Assembly (NCBI GenBank): GCA_027491735.1
Contig: JAOZGP010000038.1
Coordinates: forward strand, 1 to 45,985
Reading direction: 5' to 3'
Source: Thermoproteota archaeon
GTDB lineage: Archaea; Korarchaeota; Korarchaeia; Korarchaeales; Korarchaeaceae
Length of the DNA: 45,985 bases
A program made the position numbers and the translations under genes. Positions 37,908 through 45,985 of this stretch are shown piece after piece. The notes beneath the pieces were generated by a model. The model saw nothing but the letters and a program-made list of their open reading frames with translations. It made no database searches and was not told the DNA's origin. Numbering within the stretch: position 1 is the first letter of the stretch; each line of letters opens with the position of its first letter.

Positions 37908-39431
37908 TTGAGGAGATGCCCCCTTCTCATCGCTGTGATCAGCGTTTTAACCTTATGGGGATCATCAGCAGGGCTGATCCTGATCAAAGGTATCGGAGAA
38001 CTGAATAAAGCTATCGGAGATCCAGGAGTGATCTCGGCAGTTAAGTTTTCCGTTTTACAGGCTCTGATAAGCGCCGCAGCCTCTGTGGGACTTGGGTCCG
38101 TGCTTGGATACATAGATGCAACTTACGAGTTCAGAGGAAGAAGTTTCCTGAGAGGCGTGATCGCTTCTCCTTTTACCCTTCCCTCGATAGGAGTTGCCCT
38201 GGCCTTCCTCCTTATATGCAGAGCGGGGATCTTGCCCAGGGGATTTCCAGCCATAGTCGCTGCTCATGTATACTACAACTATGGCTTCTGTGCAGTTATG
38301 ATCTCCTCTGTTCTTTCCACGGTGCCCAATGAGATAGACGAGGCTGCTGAGGTTCTCGGAGCTTCTTCCACAACCAGATTCCTCAGAGTGGTCTTTCCTT
38401 CCGTCATCAAGGGGATTGTCTCCTCTTTCGTGATAGTCTACATGCTCTGCTTCACCAGCTTCGCCATACCTCTGGTGCTAGGGGGATCTAAGTGCTATAC
38501 CCTCGAAGTTGAGATCTACAGCCTAGCGACCACCTTTCTCGACTTGAGAGAATCTGCTGCTGCAGCTCTCCTGGGATTAGGACTCACAGCTCCATTGGCG
38601 ATCCTATTGATTAGAGGAAAGCCTATCCAAATGCCTGGGGAGGCTCGGAGGAGAAAAACTGTTCCCAACGGGATTTTCGGTTTCCTCATGCTAGCTTTCT
38701 ACGCCTTGGCCGCTATCGCAGCGATGTACCCAATAGCATACCTCTTCATGAACTCTCTCCACAACCCAATCACATCCAGGTTAAACCCTGAGGTCTTCCT
38801 GGAGCTCCTGAGCTGGAAACACAACCCCTACTTGGGGACATCGCCCGCCAAAACCGTGATGAACTCCATCATGTACGGCATAGCTGCATCCTCTCTGGCT
38901 CTCTCTTGGAGCTTGATTGCTTATACTAGTGAGGAGGACATCTCTCCACTGGCCTTCCTTCCTTTGGCGACCTCCCCGATGACCTTAGCGCTTGGTCTGT
39001 ATATGTTGGGGGATATCACAGGCCTGGAATCGTGGATTCTGATAATAATGAGCCACTGGATGATATCCCTTCCCTTCATGTACAGGTTCATGGCCTCCTC
39101 CCTCTCATCTCTAGATCCAAACCTCCTAGACGCTGCTGAGGTTCTCGGAATGGAGAGAAAAGATGCCCTCGTTCATGTGTTGCTTCCAGCCATAGCACCA
39201 GGTCTCTTGGCAGGGATATTTTACTCATTCTCTACGTCTCTCGCCGAGACCTCCGCATCGACATTGCTATCCACACCAGGACAGCAACCAATGACCGTGG
39301 CCTCGCTCCAGTTCCTGAGCGGGAGGATGCTTCAGGAAAGCAATGCTATGTCTTTTTTGGTGACGTCATTCACTCTGTTGATCTTCTTGCTCGAAGAGAT
39401 TTTGCAGAGGCGATTGAGATGGTTGAAGTGA
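37908..39431 (+). CDS. thiP: Thiamine/iron-type ABC transporter permease (two domains)
   Basis: QALISA, AHVYYN, EAAEVLGA and DAAEVLG EAA motifs, TLEVEIY. Confidence 0.8.
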   Translation: MRRCPLLIAVISVLTLWGSSAGLILIKGIGELNKAIGDPGVISAVKFSVLQALISAAASVGLGSVLGYIDATYEFRGRSFLRGVIASPFTLPSIGVALAFLLICRAGILPRGFPAIVAAHVYYNYGFCAVMISSVLSTVPNEIDEAAEVLGASSTTRFLRVVFPSVIKGIVSSFVIVYMLCFTSFAIPLVLGGSKCYTLEVEIYSLATTFLDLRESAAAALLGLGLTAPLAILLIRGKPIQMPGEARRRKTVPNGIFGFLMLAFYALAAIAAMYPIAYLFMNSLHNPITSRLNPEVFLELLSWKHNPYLGTSPAKTVMNSIMYGIAASSLALSWSLIAYTSEEDISPLAFLPLATSPMTLALGLYMLGDITGLESWILIIMSHWMISLPFMYRFMASSLSSLDPNLLDAAEVLGMERKDALVHVLLPAIAPGLLAGIFYSFSTSLAETSASTLLSTPGQQPMTVASLQFLSGRMLQESNAMSFLVTSFTLLIFLLEEILQRRLRWLK

Positions 39432-40408
39432 GGTTGGAGAACGTCAGTAAGAGGTTCGGATCGTTTCAGGTCCTTAGGAGAATAAGCTTCACTGCCCCCA
39501 GGTCGAGGATAACGGCCATCCTTGGGCCAAGCGGGTGTGGAAAGACAACAACTCTCAGAATAGTGGCTGGTCTTGAGAAGGCGGATTCGGGAAGAGTTCT
39601 CTTCGATGGAAAGGACGTCTCAGAGCTGGAAGCCAGGAAGAGGGATATTGGGATGATATTCCAATCCCTAGCACTCTTCCCAACCATGAAAGTAGTTGAG
39701 AACGTGATGTTTGGACTACTGGTTGGGGGAACACCGCGAGAGGAGGCGAGGAAGGAGGCTATGTCCCTCCTCAAAATGATGAGACTTGAGAGATCAGCGG
39801 ATAAGTATCCACACCAGCTCAGTTGGGGTGAGAAGCAGAGGGTGGCTATAGCTAGAGCCATTGCTCCAAAACCTAGGATCCTCCTGCTGGACGAGCCCTT
39901 CAGCAACCTGGACCCTCCACTCAGAGAGAAGCTGCTGTGGGAGATGAAGGATCTGCAGAGGGGTCTCAGAATCACATTGATACATGTGACTCATGATCGA
40001 GAGGAGGCATTCGCTTTGGCAGATCACGTGATCCTGATGGACAATGGAGAGGTTCTCGCAGAAGGTGATCCAGAGAAGGTCATGGAAGATCCCGGATGCG
40101 AGAAAGTCGCAAGGTTTCTCGGAGCCAATGTGCTGGAGCTGCCGGGCCGCTTCTTGAGGGCTAAAGTGAATAAAGTTAGGATCTTCTTCTACCCTGAGGA
40201 TGTGAGGGAGGGAGGACCTATAAGAGGTTTTGTAATTGGATATCTGTTCAGCAGGGGAGGTTACAGAACGAGGGTTCAGGTGGGAAGGCAGGTTGTGGAG
40301 ATTCTCTTGAGAAGAAGGACAGAAAAAGGTGATCTCGTGTCCTTTCTACCTATCAAGTGGGGTGTTCTCGGTGGACGATGTTCCGGGCGCCTACATTTTG
40401 CTAATTGA
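39419..40408 (+). CDS. ABC transporter ATP-binding protein (thiamine/Fe/PotA family)
   Basis: GPSGCGKTT, LSWGEKQRV, LLLDEPFSNLD, VTHD. Confidence 0.9.
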   Translation: MVEVRLENVSKRFGSFQVLRRISFTAPRSRITAILGPSGCGKTTTLRIVAGLEKADSGRVLFDGKDVSELEARKRDIGMIFQSLALFPTMKVVENVMFGLLVGGTPREEARKEAMSLLKMMRLERSADKYPHQLSWGEKQRVAIARAIAPKPRILLLDEPFSNLDPPLREKLLWEMKDLQRGLRITLIHVTHDREEAFALADHVILMDNGEVLAEGDPEKVMEDPGCEKVARFLGANVLELPGRFLRAKVNKVRIFFYPEDVREGGPIRGFVIGYLFSRGGYRTRVQVGRQVVEILLRRRTEKGDLVSFLPIKWGVLGGRCSGRLHFAN

Positions 40409-40814
40409 AAATAAAGGGAACGAGAACGTCGAGGTTGGATCCCTCGGGGTGGTGTTTTTCCCAAGAGGGAGGTATGCCTATGTTGGATCAGCTCGATCAG
40501 GAATAATGAGAAGGATCAGGAGGTACTTCCTAGGACCTAAAAAGGTCAGGTGGCACATCGACTATCTCATCAGAACCCCATCATTTCGAGTGCTCTGCAT
40601 CCTTGCTGTGCCCGGAGGAGAGGAAGGTGAGATAGTTAAGAGGATTCAAGGTAGATTCCCCTGCATGGACGGATTCGGATCCACTGATGACAGGGAGAGC
40701 AGGAGCCATCTCTTCTACATAGGCGAGTGTGGGGAGGAGGAGCTTGCTCTCATCCTCTCAAGCGCTGGCCTGAAGTATGAGATCGTGAGGGCTTTGGACG
40801 CCGGCCACCGCTGA
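40371..40814 (+). CDS. GIY-YIG (DUF123-like) nuclease family protein
   Basis: GAYIL..GRYAYVGSA..RI.R..WHIDYL..GFGSTD..SHLF; start GTG 40371 inferred. Confidence 0.8.
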   Translation: MDDVPGAYILLIENKGNENVEVGSLGVVFFPRGRYAYVGSARSGIMRRIRRYFLGPKKVRWHIDYLIRTPSFRVLCILAVPGGEEGEIVKRIQGRFPCMDGFGSTDDRESRSHLFYIGECGEEELALILSSAGLKYEIVRALDAGHR

Positions 40815-41048
40815 AGCCGTTTTTCTTGATCAGAGTAATCGAAAGACCATAATCCATTGTCCGGAGATTAAAACTTTGAGCAGTTTAGGGTCCCACCTGT
40901 GGGATGCGATATTCAGATCCGGTGGAGGACTGTCGGAGGGATTGATGGATAGCAAGGAGCTCCTGCTTCCACGAGAGCTGCTGATGAGGACTGGAAGGTT
41001 CTTCTTCACCGGTTCTACTTGCACCATGAATAGCAGGTAACAGAATGC

Positions 41049-41972
41049 TCAGGATTTCTTCCTCACCAACAACTCAAGGCCGTTAACCGCCTCCTCAAGA
41101 TCACTGGACTCTATAAGTTCCACTTTATTGGTCTCCAAGATCTTCCTCGCCTCAGGTGATATCCTAGGTATCGCTATGAGGATGAATCTCTTCGGAGATA
41201 CGTCCAACACCTTGATAAGAGAGCGCAGCACATGATCGGCACCGACGTAAACATCAGACATGAGCACCTCCACTGCAAGCGCTATCTCATCGGCCGAATG
41301 AACCACTCCCGTGAACACATGTCTAACACCCGATCTACCGATCACGATGCCTGGCACATCCACATAACCTCCAACATCATTCAGGACACTCTTTAACCTC
41401 CTGCTGATGTGCTCTCCAAGGCGAGCATCAGCTATGCGGTATGAAAAGATGGGCTTCTCCTCAAGGCTGGCCTCGCTGAACGTCTTCTTACATACGGGAC
41501 AGTAATATACCTTCTCTGGAGTGGAGAAAAGACTGTTACAGTTCTCGCACTTGTACTCCCTAATTATATCTTTCTTACTTAGGTGTTCACCGCATCTTGG
41601 GCATCGGAAAACCCTTCCACTACGGAACTCCTCAAATCCTCCCCTGTACTTACATACTGGACAGCTAACCACGTTCGTCACCTCCACTTGTGTGCTACCA
41701 CAGCTTGGACACGAGAGGACAACACACAGAACGAGGTTTCTGCACGAAGGACAGGCCAGAGCAGTTCTCCAAAGAACTCTCTTCAACAGACCAGCACCTT
41801 CCAGCTCTTCAAGTCTAAACAAGGCAGTCTCATCATCCAGATCGAAGAGCTTTTTGAAGCTGGGGTATCTCAACTTGGACAAGACGGAGATCTCTGGATT
41901 TATCATCCCGTCCTTGTTCATCGAGAGCCGTATCAGGAACTTGTCCTTGTCAACGTCGCTCGATATCTTCAT
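41049..41972 (-). CDS. Multi-zinc-ribbon (TackOD1-like) protein with C-terminal restriction-endonuclease-like fold
   Basis: wHTH-like N-terminus (LEELE..GLL), six CxxC pairs, then GRSGVRH.F and AVEV..SD..V...V pattern. Confidence 0.6.
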   Translation of the reverse strand: MKISSDVDKDKFLIRLSMNKDGMINPEISVLSKLRYPSFKKLFDLDDETALFRLEELEGAGLLKRVLWRTALACPSCRNLVLCVVLSCPSCGSTQVEVTNVVSCPVCKYRGGFEEFRSGRVFRCPRCGEHLSKKDIIREYKCENCNSLFSTPEKVYYCPVCKKTFSEASLEEKPIFSYRIADARLGEHISRRLKSVLNDVGGYVDVPGIVIGRSGVRHVFTGVVHSADEIALAVEVLMSDVYVGADHVLRSLIKVLDVSPKRFILIAIPRISPEARKILETNKVELIESSDLEEAVNGLELLVRKKS

Positions 41973-42099
41973 TTAAGATGAGAGTTTCACCTAACCTTAT
42001 AAATTATTGGGTTCAAGTTCCTAACCCATCTGTGCAAAACAATCCGAAGACGGCTGTATCCATATAATATGAGCTTTTTCGGTAGTTCCGGTGGTGGTT

Positions 42100-42959
42100 G
42101 CCATTGAATCGCACCCTCACTGTTGCTCAGGGGGCTTGAAGTAACTAGACCACAAGTTCCTGTACTTCACACTCACTGGGCCGCATAGACGATACCATCA
42201 CGAGCTGCCAACGGTTCTCTTCAGGGTAATCGGAGGCTAAACTGTCTAAGCAGACTTCTTCGTAGCACTCATCCCCAAAGTATGCCAAGCTAGAGGCCTG
42301 GTGAAACTGTTTCATTTTTATAGACATTAATGCATATTCTATCTGGATTTATGTCGAAACCAGCAACTAAACATGCTCTACTCCTAGCCCTTACTCTAGC
42401 AGTATGTTTAGCATAAAGCTCTAGTGGTATGTGAAGACGAAGGCAGTATCTATTCTTTTTCTCATCAAAAACTATGCTTGCGGAGTATGGTAGATGCTTT
42501 TCAGCTAGTTAGATTAGCTCACTCGCTATGGGTTCATGCTTAGGGCTGAACCTAACTTTAACCTCTATCCATGCCTTCCATTAGCACGAGGTATCTTAAT
42601 CAAAACTCTATCAACATCAACTACCCTGACGTTCCTATCTCCTTTCTCATGTCCTTTACCGATGCTGTATAGCTGTGGTTTTTTCAAAATCCAATCTCTC
42701 TTGCTCAAGATACATCATAGCTCTTCTAACAGCAGAATAAGCATAGTGAGCATTACCTATAAACTTGGTAACTCTCTTCACCACTTCATTTTGCTCTAAC
42801 TTCTCTTTCATAAGCAATCTATAAGCCATCTCTACACTATCTCTAAACAACCGCATTATATAAGAGGAGCTTTGCTAGATTGAACCTATCCTCAATGATG
42901 AGCTTACCCTTTATCGTGACTTTTTCTTTACTATTACTTTTTCCTCCTTCACGTGCCAT
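42100..42959 (-). pseudogene. tnpB: Archaeal-type TnpB (IS200/IS605) pseudogene, frameshifted and internally deleted
   Basis: ATG 42959 MAREGGK..VTIKGKL; frameshifts link MRLFRDSVEMAY, KPQLYSIG...EKGDRNVR, WIEVKVRF, YSASIV and RuvC-I LVAGFDINPD (42341-42370); no RuvC-II/III recognisable afterwards; AT-richer than flanks. Confidence 0.75.
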
Positions 42960-43057
42960 TCTATCACATCCCCAACCTTCAAGTCTAAAGCCTCCCTAAT
43001 GGGCTTGGGAACAGTTGTTGTATGCTTTGGTGAAATCCTGCTTTCAGCAACCTTCAT
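42911..43057 (-). CDS. AbrB/MazE/SpoVT family DNA-binding protein (48 aa, not in ORF track)
   Basis: MKVAESRISPKHTTTVPKPIREALDLKVGDVIEWHVKEEKVIVKKKSR*; overlaps the tnpB start by 49 bp. Confidence 0.85.
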   Translation of the reverse strand: MKVAESRISPKHTTTVPKPIREALDLKVGDVIEWHVKEEKVIVKKKSR

Positions 43058-43080
43058 ACTAACCCCCAGTAGAAGTAAAG

Positions 43081-43098
43081 AAAAAGCTTTATAAATAC
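43081..43098. promoter_or_regulatory. BRE/TATA box, possibly bidirectional
   Basis: AAAAAGC-TTTATAAA (TATA 43088-43095, palindromic), about 30 bp from the abrB ATG on the minus strand and about 24 bp from the GGGATCC start of the structured region on the plus strand. Confidence 0.6.
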
Positions 43099-43118
43099 TT
43101 TACCATCTCTTTACTATT

Positions 43119-43312
43119 GGGATCCGATTCCGATGAGGGTTGAGGAGATGAATCCATGGATGAGCCCCTGTGTCGGCGAGGGGAGTGGAACCTGCTAGGC
43201 GATTAGCAAGGGATGCTGGCTCCCGTAGCAGGCACAGGGGCGGATCTTGGGTAATGAATGTCTAGGTAGGTCTATCAATACCTGCCCTAGACACGAACCC
43301 TACAATGAGACC
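43119..43312 (+). ncRNA. Candidate structured ncRNA with K-turn motifs (omega/reRNA-like?)
   Basis: Nested stems 43119-25/43242-48, 43164-74/43231-41, 43181-86/43219-24, 43191-98/43203-11; canonical K-turn hairpin GGGU-AAU-GA...GA-ACCC at 43249-43300. Confidence 0.6.
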
Positions 43313-43821
43313 TAATATCCAGAAAGGTACTTCAGATGAAGCTTCTTCCAAAATCGCCCTTTGAGAAACGTGCTCGGATAGCTAACTAAACAAGAAGTTG
43401 GTGTGCAACAGATCCGAAGCACAGCTATAGACCCTGGCAATCTCCTCCAGCGAGGATGAACTGAAGGAGAACTAGATCAGAACAATCGTGTCGACTGTGG
43501 AGCGATATCAATCAAGCACGATCCCCGAGCTTAACCTGAAGACCTCGGTGAGATTGAGGCTTCTTGGAGGATCTCCACTATCCGGGCTGAGCATGTCCGT
43601 CCAGGGGAGTGTACAGATGAACGAAGAACCATTCCAGAGATGGTCTCGTCAGCTTGGACATATCTCCAGCTGCTTTCGACCTCGAGATGTTGACCTCAGA
43701 TCTGATAGACTCGACAATAAGGTTGGAGAAGGCTAATCAGGTGGAGAAAAAGACGTGGTGAGGATCTTCCTTTCTTTCGTAAGCCTTTGCTTAGCGTGAG
43801 ATCATCTGCAAGCTGCTGTCT

Positions 43822-44949
43822 TCAGATTGTAGTGGTTGACTCTCTTATTTCCACATATTTCACCAGGTGTCTCCTGACCTCATCCTCCAGGATGTCCACA
43901 CCAATTCCGCTCATGTTGGGGACCTTCATGTACCCGTCCTCAATGCTCCACTCGGGCTCAACTATGTCCCTCTCGTAATACCTCCTGCTCGCGGATATGT
44001 CGCTGGGGTATACAACTCCTGGAAGGGAGGCCAAGGCGACGAGATGAGCCCTTCCCACACCGGTCTCCAACATTCCTCCTATCCATACAGGCATCCCAAC
44101 CTTTAAGCAGAAGTCGTGGATTTCCCTAGATTCTGTTATGCCTCCGACTCTTCCAGGCTTTATGTTTATCACCTCGCAGCTCTTCATCTCAAAGGCCTTC
44201 ACGGCCTTCTCTAAGGACGTGATGCTCTCATCCAGACAGATGGGAGTTTTAATTCTCTTAGCGAGAAGAGAATGGAAGAAGAGGTCGTCATAGGAGAGGG
44301 GTTGCTCTATCATCAGCAGGTCGTAGGGGTCCAGCTTCCTCAATGTGTCGACGTCTTTCAGGGTATAGGCAGCGTTGGCATCAACCTGAAGTGGGATATC
44401 CGAATGCTCTTCTCTTATTCTTCTTACGACCTCTACATCCCATCCTTTCCTTATCTTTATCTTTATCCTCCTATATCCAAGCTCGAGGTACCTCTCAACG
44501 TCGTCAAGAAGGTCTTCAATCCTCCCTCTTATGCCTAAGCTGACCCCGCACTCCACCCTTTCCTTGACCCCTCCTATCACCTTGGATAAACTTCTGCCTT
44601 CCTTTCTGGCGTAGAGATCCCAGAGAGCCATGTCAATTCCAGCTTTAGCCATGTTATGCCCTCTAACCTTAGCGATTCTGGTGTTCCACAACTCCTCTGG
44701 ATTGTCAAACTCGGAGCCGACCACCTCTCCAGCCAGGTACTTGACTATCAGATACCACTCACACTCCGCCATCTCATGACTGTACCATGGTCCGGCACTC
44801 GCCACGACCTCACCCCATCCTTCCTCACCTCTTCTCTCCTCCAACCTGATGAGTATGCACTCCCTGTCCGCCTCCACCCCGAAGCTGGTCTCGAAGGGAG
44901 AGGTCAGCCTCATCCTCAGATGGTATAACCTCATGGACCTTATGATCAG
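43822..44949 (-). CDS. menC: o-succinylbenzoate synthase / N-succinylamino acid racemase (enolase superfamily)
   Basis: PFETSFG, RIKIKI, DANAAY, IEQP, CLDES, NIKPGRVGG, GGMLE, DISAS; probable CTG start at 44949 (first ATG 44934). Confidence 0.88.
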   Translation of the reverse strand: MIIRSMRLYHLRMRLTSPFETSFGVEADRECILIRLEERRGEEGWGEVVASAGPWYSHEMAECEWYLIVKYLAGEVVGSEFDNPEELWNTRIAKVRGHNMAKAGIDMALWDLYARKEGRSLSKVIGGVKERVECGVSLGIRGRIEDLLDDVERYLELGYRRIKIKIRKGWDVEVVRRIREEHSDIPLQVDANAAYTLKDVDTLRKLDPYDLLMIEQPLSYDDLFFHSLLAKRIKTPICLDESITSLEKAVKAFEMKSCEVINIKPGRVGGITESREIHDFCLKVGMPVWIGGMLETGVGRAHLVALASLPGVVYPSDISASRRYYERDIVEPEWSIEDGYMKVPNMSGIGVDILEDEVRRHLVKYVEIRESTTTI

Positions 44950-45818
44950 AGCATCACCCCCGAGAGGATGTCCTCCTTCTTAGCCCTGATCAGGACGTGA
45001 TAGGGCATCAGAAAACAGGCGTCCCAATATCCATGACTGAAGTAGAACATAAAAGCCTTGGCCATGGCATTTCTCCATGACTCCATTGCCAACCTGTCCT
45101 TTCTGATCTCCTCAAGGTTATCGGGAACCTTCACAAGCACAACATCGCTGTGAGGGAATTCTATGGGCTCCCCAGGGATCTCCACATCGCTGATCTTCTC
45201 AACCCTGAGAACCTCCTCCCCCAAGCTGGCAATTCTCTCGACGTTCATCACTCTGTGGATCCTCCTCTCGACGTGAGGACTTCGAATGTACCACTCGGCC
45301 TTGAGCCTATCTGATCTCATTCCCCTATTCAGACTATTGTTCATTCTTCCGTAGTAATTCATCAGAAAGGTGTTGCTTATTGCCCCAAGCCTCGTCAGGT
45401 TAAAGTAACTGTTTCCTGCCCTTATCGGGTCAAAGGTCCACTTGATGAGGTCTATTCCCCTACGAAGGGCCTCTTCCCTCTGGGCTAGCTTCAACCTGAG
45501 GCCTATACCCCTTCCCTGATATTCCGGAACCACTCCGGTGTGGTGCGAGTACAGAAAGATCTTACCGCCCTCCTCAGCTAGAAAGGCGAGTGAGTAGCCA
45601 ACAACTCTTCCCTTATCCGTAAAAGCTCCAAGAACCACACCTCCATTGTCTGCTATTGCCCTTATGATCCTGTGACCAACTATCTCAGTCCTCGACATCT
45701 TCCAAGTCTCTAACTGAACCCTTACAAGTTCCCTAAACTCTTCTGGATTTCTAGGACGCCTGATCTCTATTCTCTCCGGTCCGGAGGGACCTTCTATCTC
45801 AAAGAAGGTCACCGACAT
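44946..45818 (-). CDS. GNAT family acyltransferase (NSAR/OSBS-associated, probable D-amino acid N-succinyltransferase)
   Basis: GGVVLGAF, LYSHHTGV..YQGRGIG..LKLAQR, WTFDP, NYYG, SDRL.AEW. Confidence 0.8.
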   Translation of the reverse strand: MSVTFFEIEGPSGPERIEIRRPRNPEEFRELVRVQLETWKMSRTEIVGHRIIRAIADNGGVVLGAFTDKGRVVGYSLAFLAEEGGKIFLYSHHTGVVPEYQGRGIGLRLKLAQREEALRRGIDLIKWTFDPIRAGNSYFNLTRLGAISNTFLMNYYGRMNNSLNRGMRSDRLKAEWYIRSPHVERRIHRVMNVERIASLGEEVLRVEKISDVEIPGEPIEFPHSDVVLVKVPDNLEEIRKDRLAMESWRNAMAKAFMFYFSHGYWDACFLMPYHVLIRAKKEDILSGVML

Positions 45819-45985
45819 TGGGTATCCTGATCTAGATCATGGCATAGTTATTAACTTCATTTCGTCGATCATCACCTCCCCAATCATCCGTAACCCTTGT
45901 GAAGCTCGTAATCATGATCGCAGGTGCCCTCCGGTGGGAGGGCCTTCGAGAGCTCTCGGATCTCCCATCAAGCCCCCTACCCAGG

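Noticed and set aside
43249-43300. AUGA...GA hairpin resembling a eukaryote-like SECIS element
   Set aside because: No selenoprotein candidate with in-frame UGA nearby (hdrA, mvhD and hydrogenase all use Cys); a generic K-turn explains the motif.
43488-43736. 82-aa ORF downstream of the structured RNA
   Set aside because: No recognisable motif or convincing start context; may be degraded sequence.
1-45985. CRISPR arrays, tRNA and rRNA genes; numerous short antisense ORFs in the track
   Set aside because: No regularly spaced repeats or tRNA/rRNA signatures seen; the antisense and alternative-frame ORFs are shadows of well-supported genes.

Overview
Gene-dense window from an anaerobic, probably thermophilic archaeon (TATA/BRE promoters, frequent TTG/GTG starts, Tfx, AlaX, cupin PGI, tungsten AOR; taxonomy is inferred, not established). 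The left 27 kb is an energy-metabolism island. It holds (i) thioredoxin reductase and a TauE exporter, divergent from an operon dsrE-tusA-mvhD-like-hdrA-hdrA-wHTH-qmoC-like, which is a Qmo/Hdr-type membrane complex paired with persulfide carriers and with no aprAB or hdrB in the window; (ii) a NitT/TauT-type ABC transporter with no binding protein; and (iii) a complete Tat-exported group 1 [NiFe]-hydrogenase (small, large, HybA-like, NrfD-like) with protease, hypA/ATPase-type hypB/hypF/hypD/hypC/hypE and tatA/tatC. The right part carries AOR with its radical SAM maturase and Tfx, sugar and amino-acid enzymes, a thiamine-type ABC transporter, a Zn-ribbon/nuclease-fold protein, a decayed abrB-tnpB element and an NSAR/OSBS + GNAT pair. 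Signals not in the ORF track include a 58-bp exact direct repeat bracketing most of the Hdr operon and a promoter-preceded, K-turn-containing structured RNA divergent from abrB-tnpB that shares a motif with a second tnpB remnant's 3' end. Also missed by the track are further tnpB remnants, a structured non-coding stretch at 200-630, and two likely non-canonical start codons. All family assignments come from motif recognition by eye; no searches were run.
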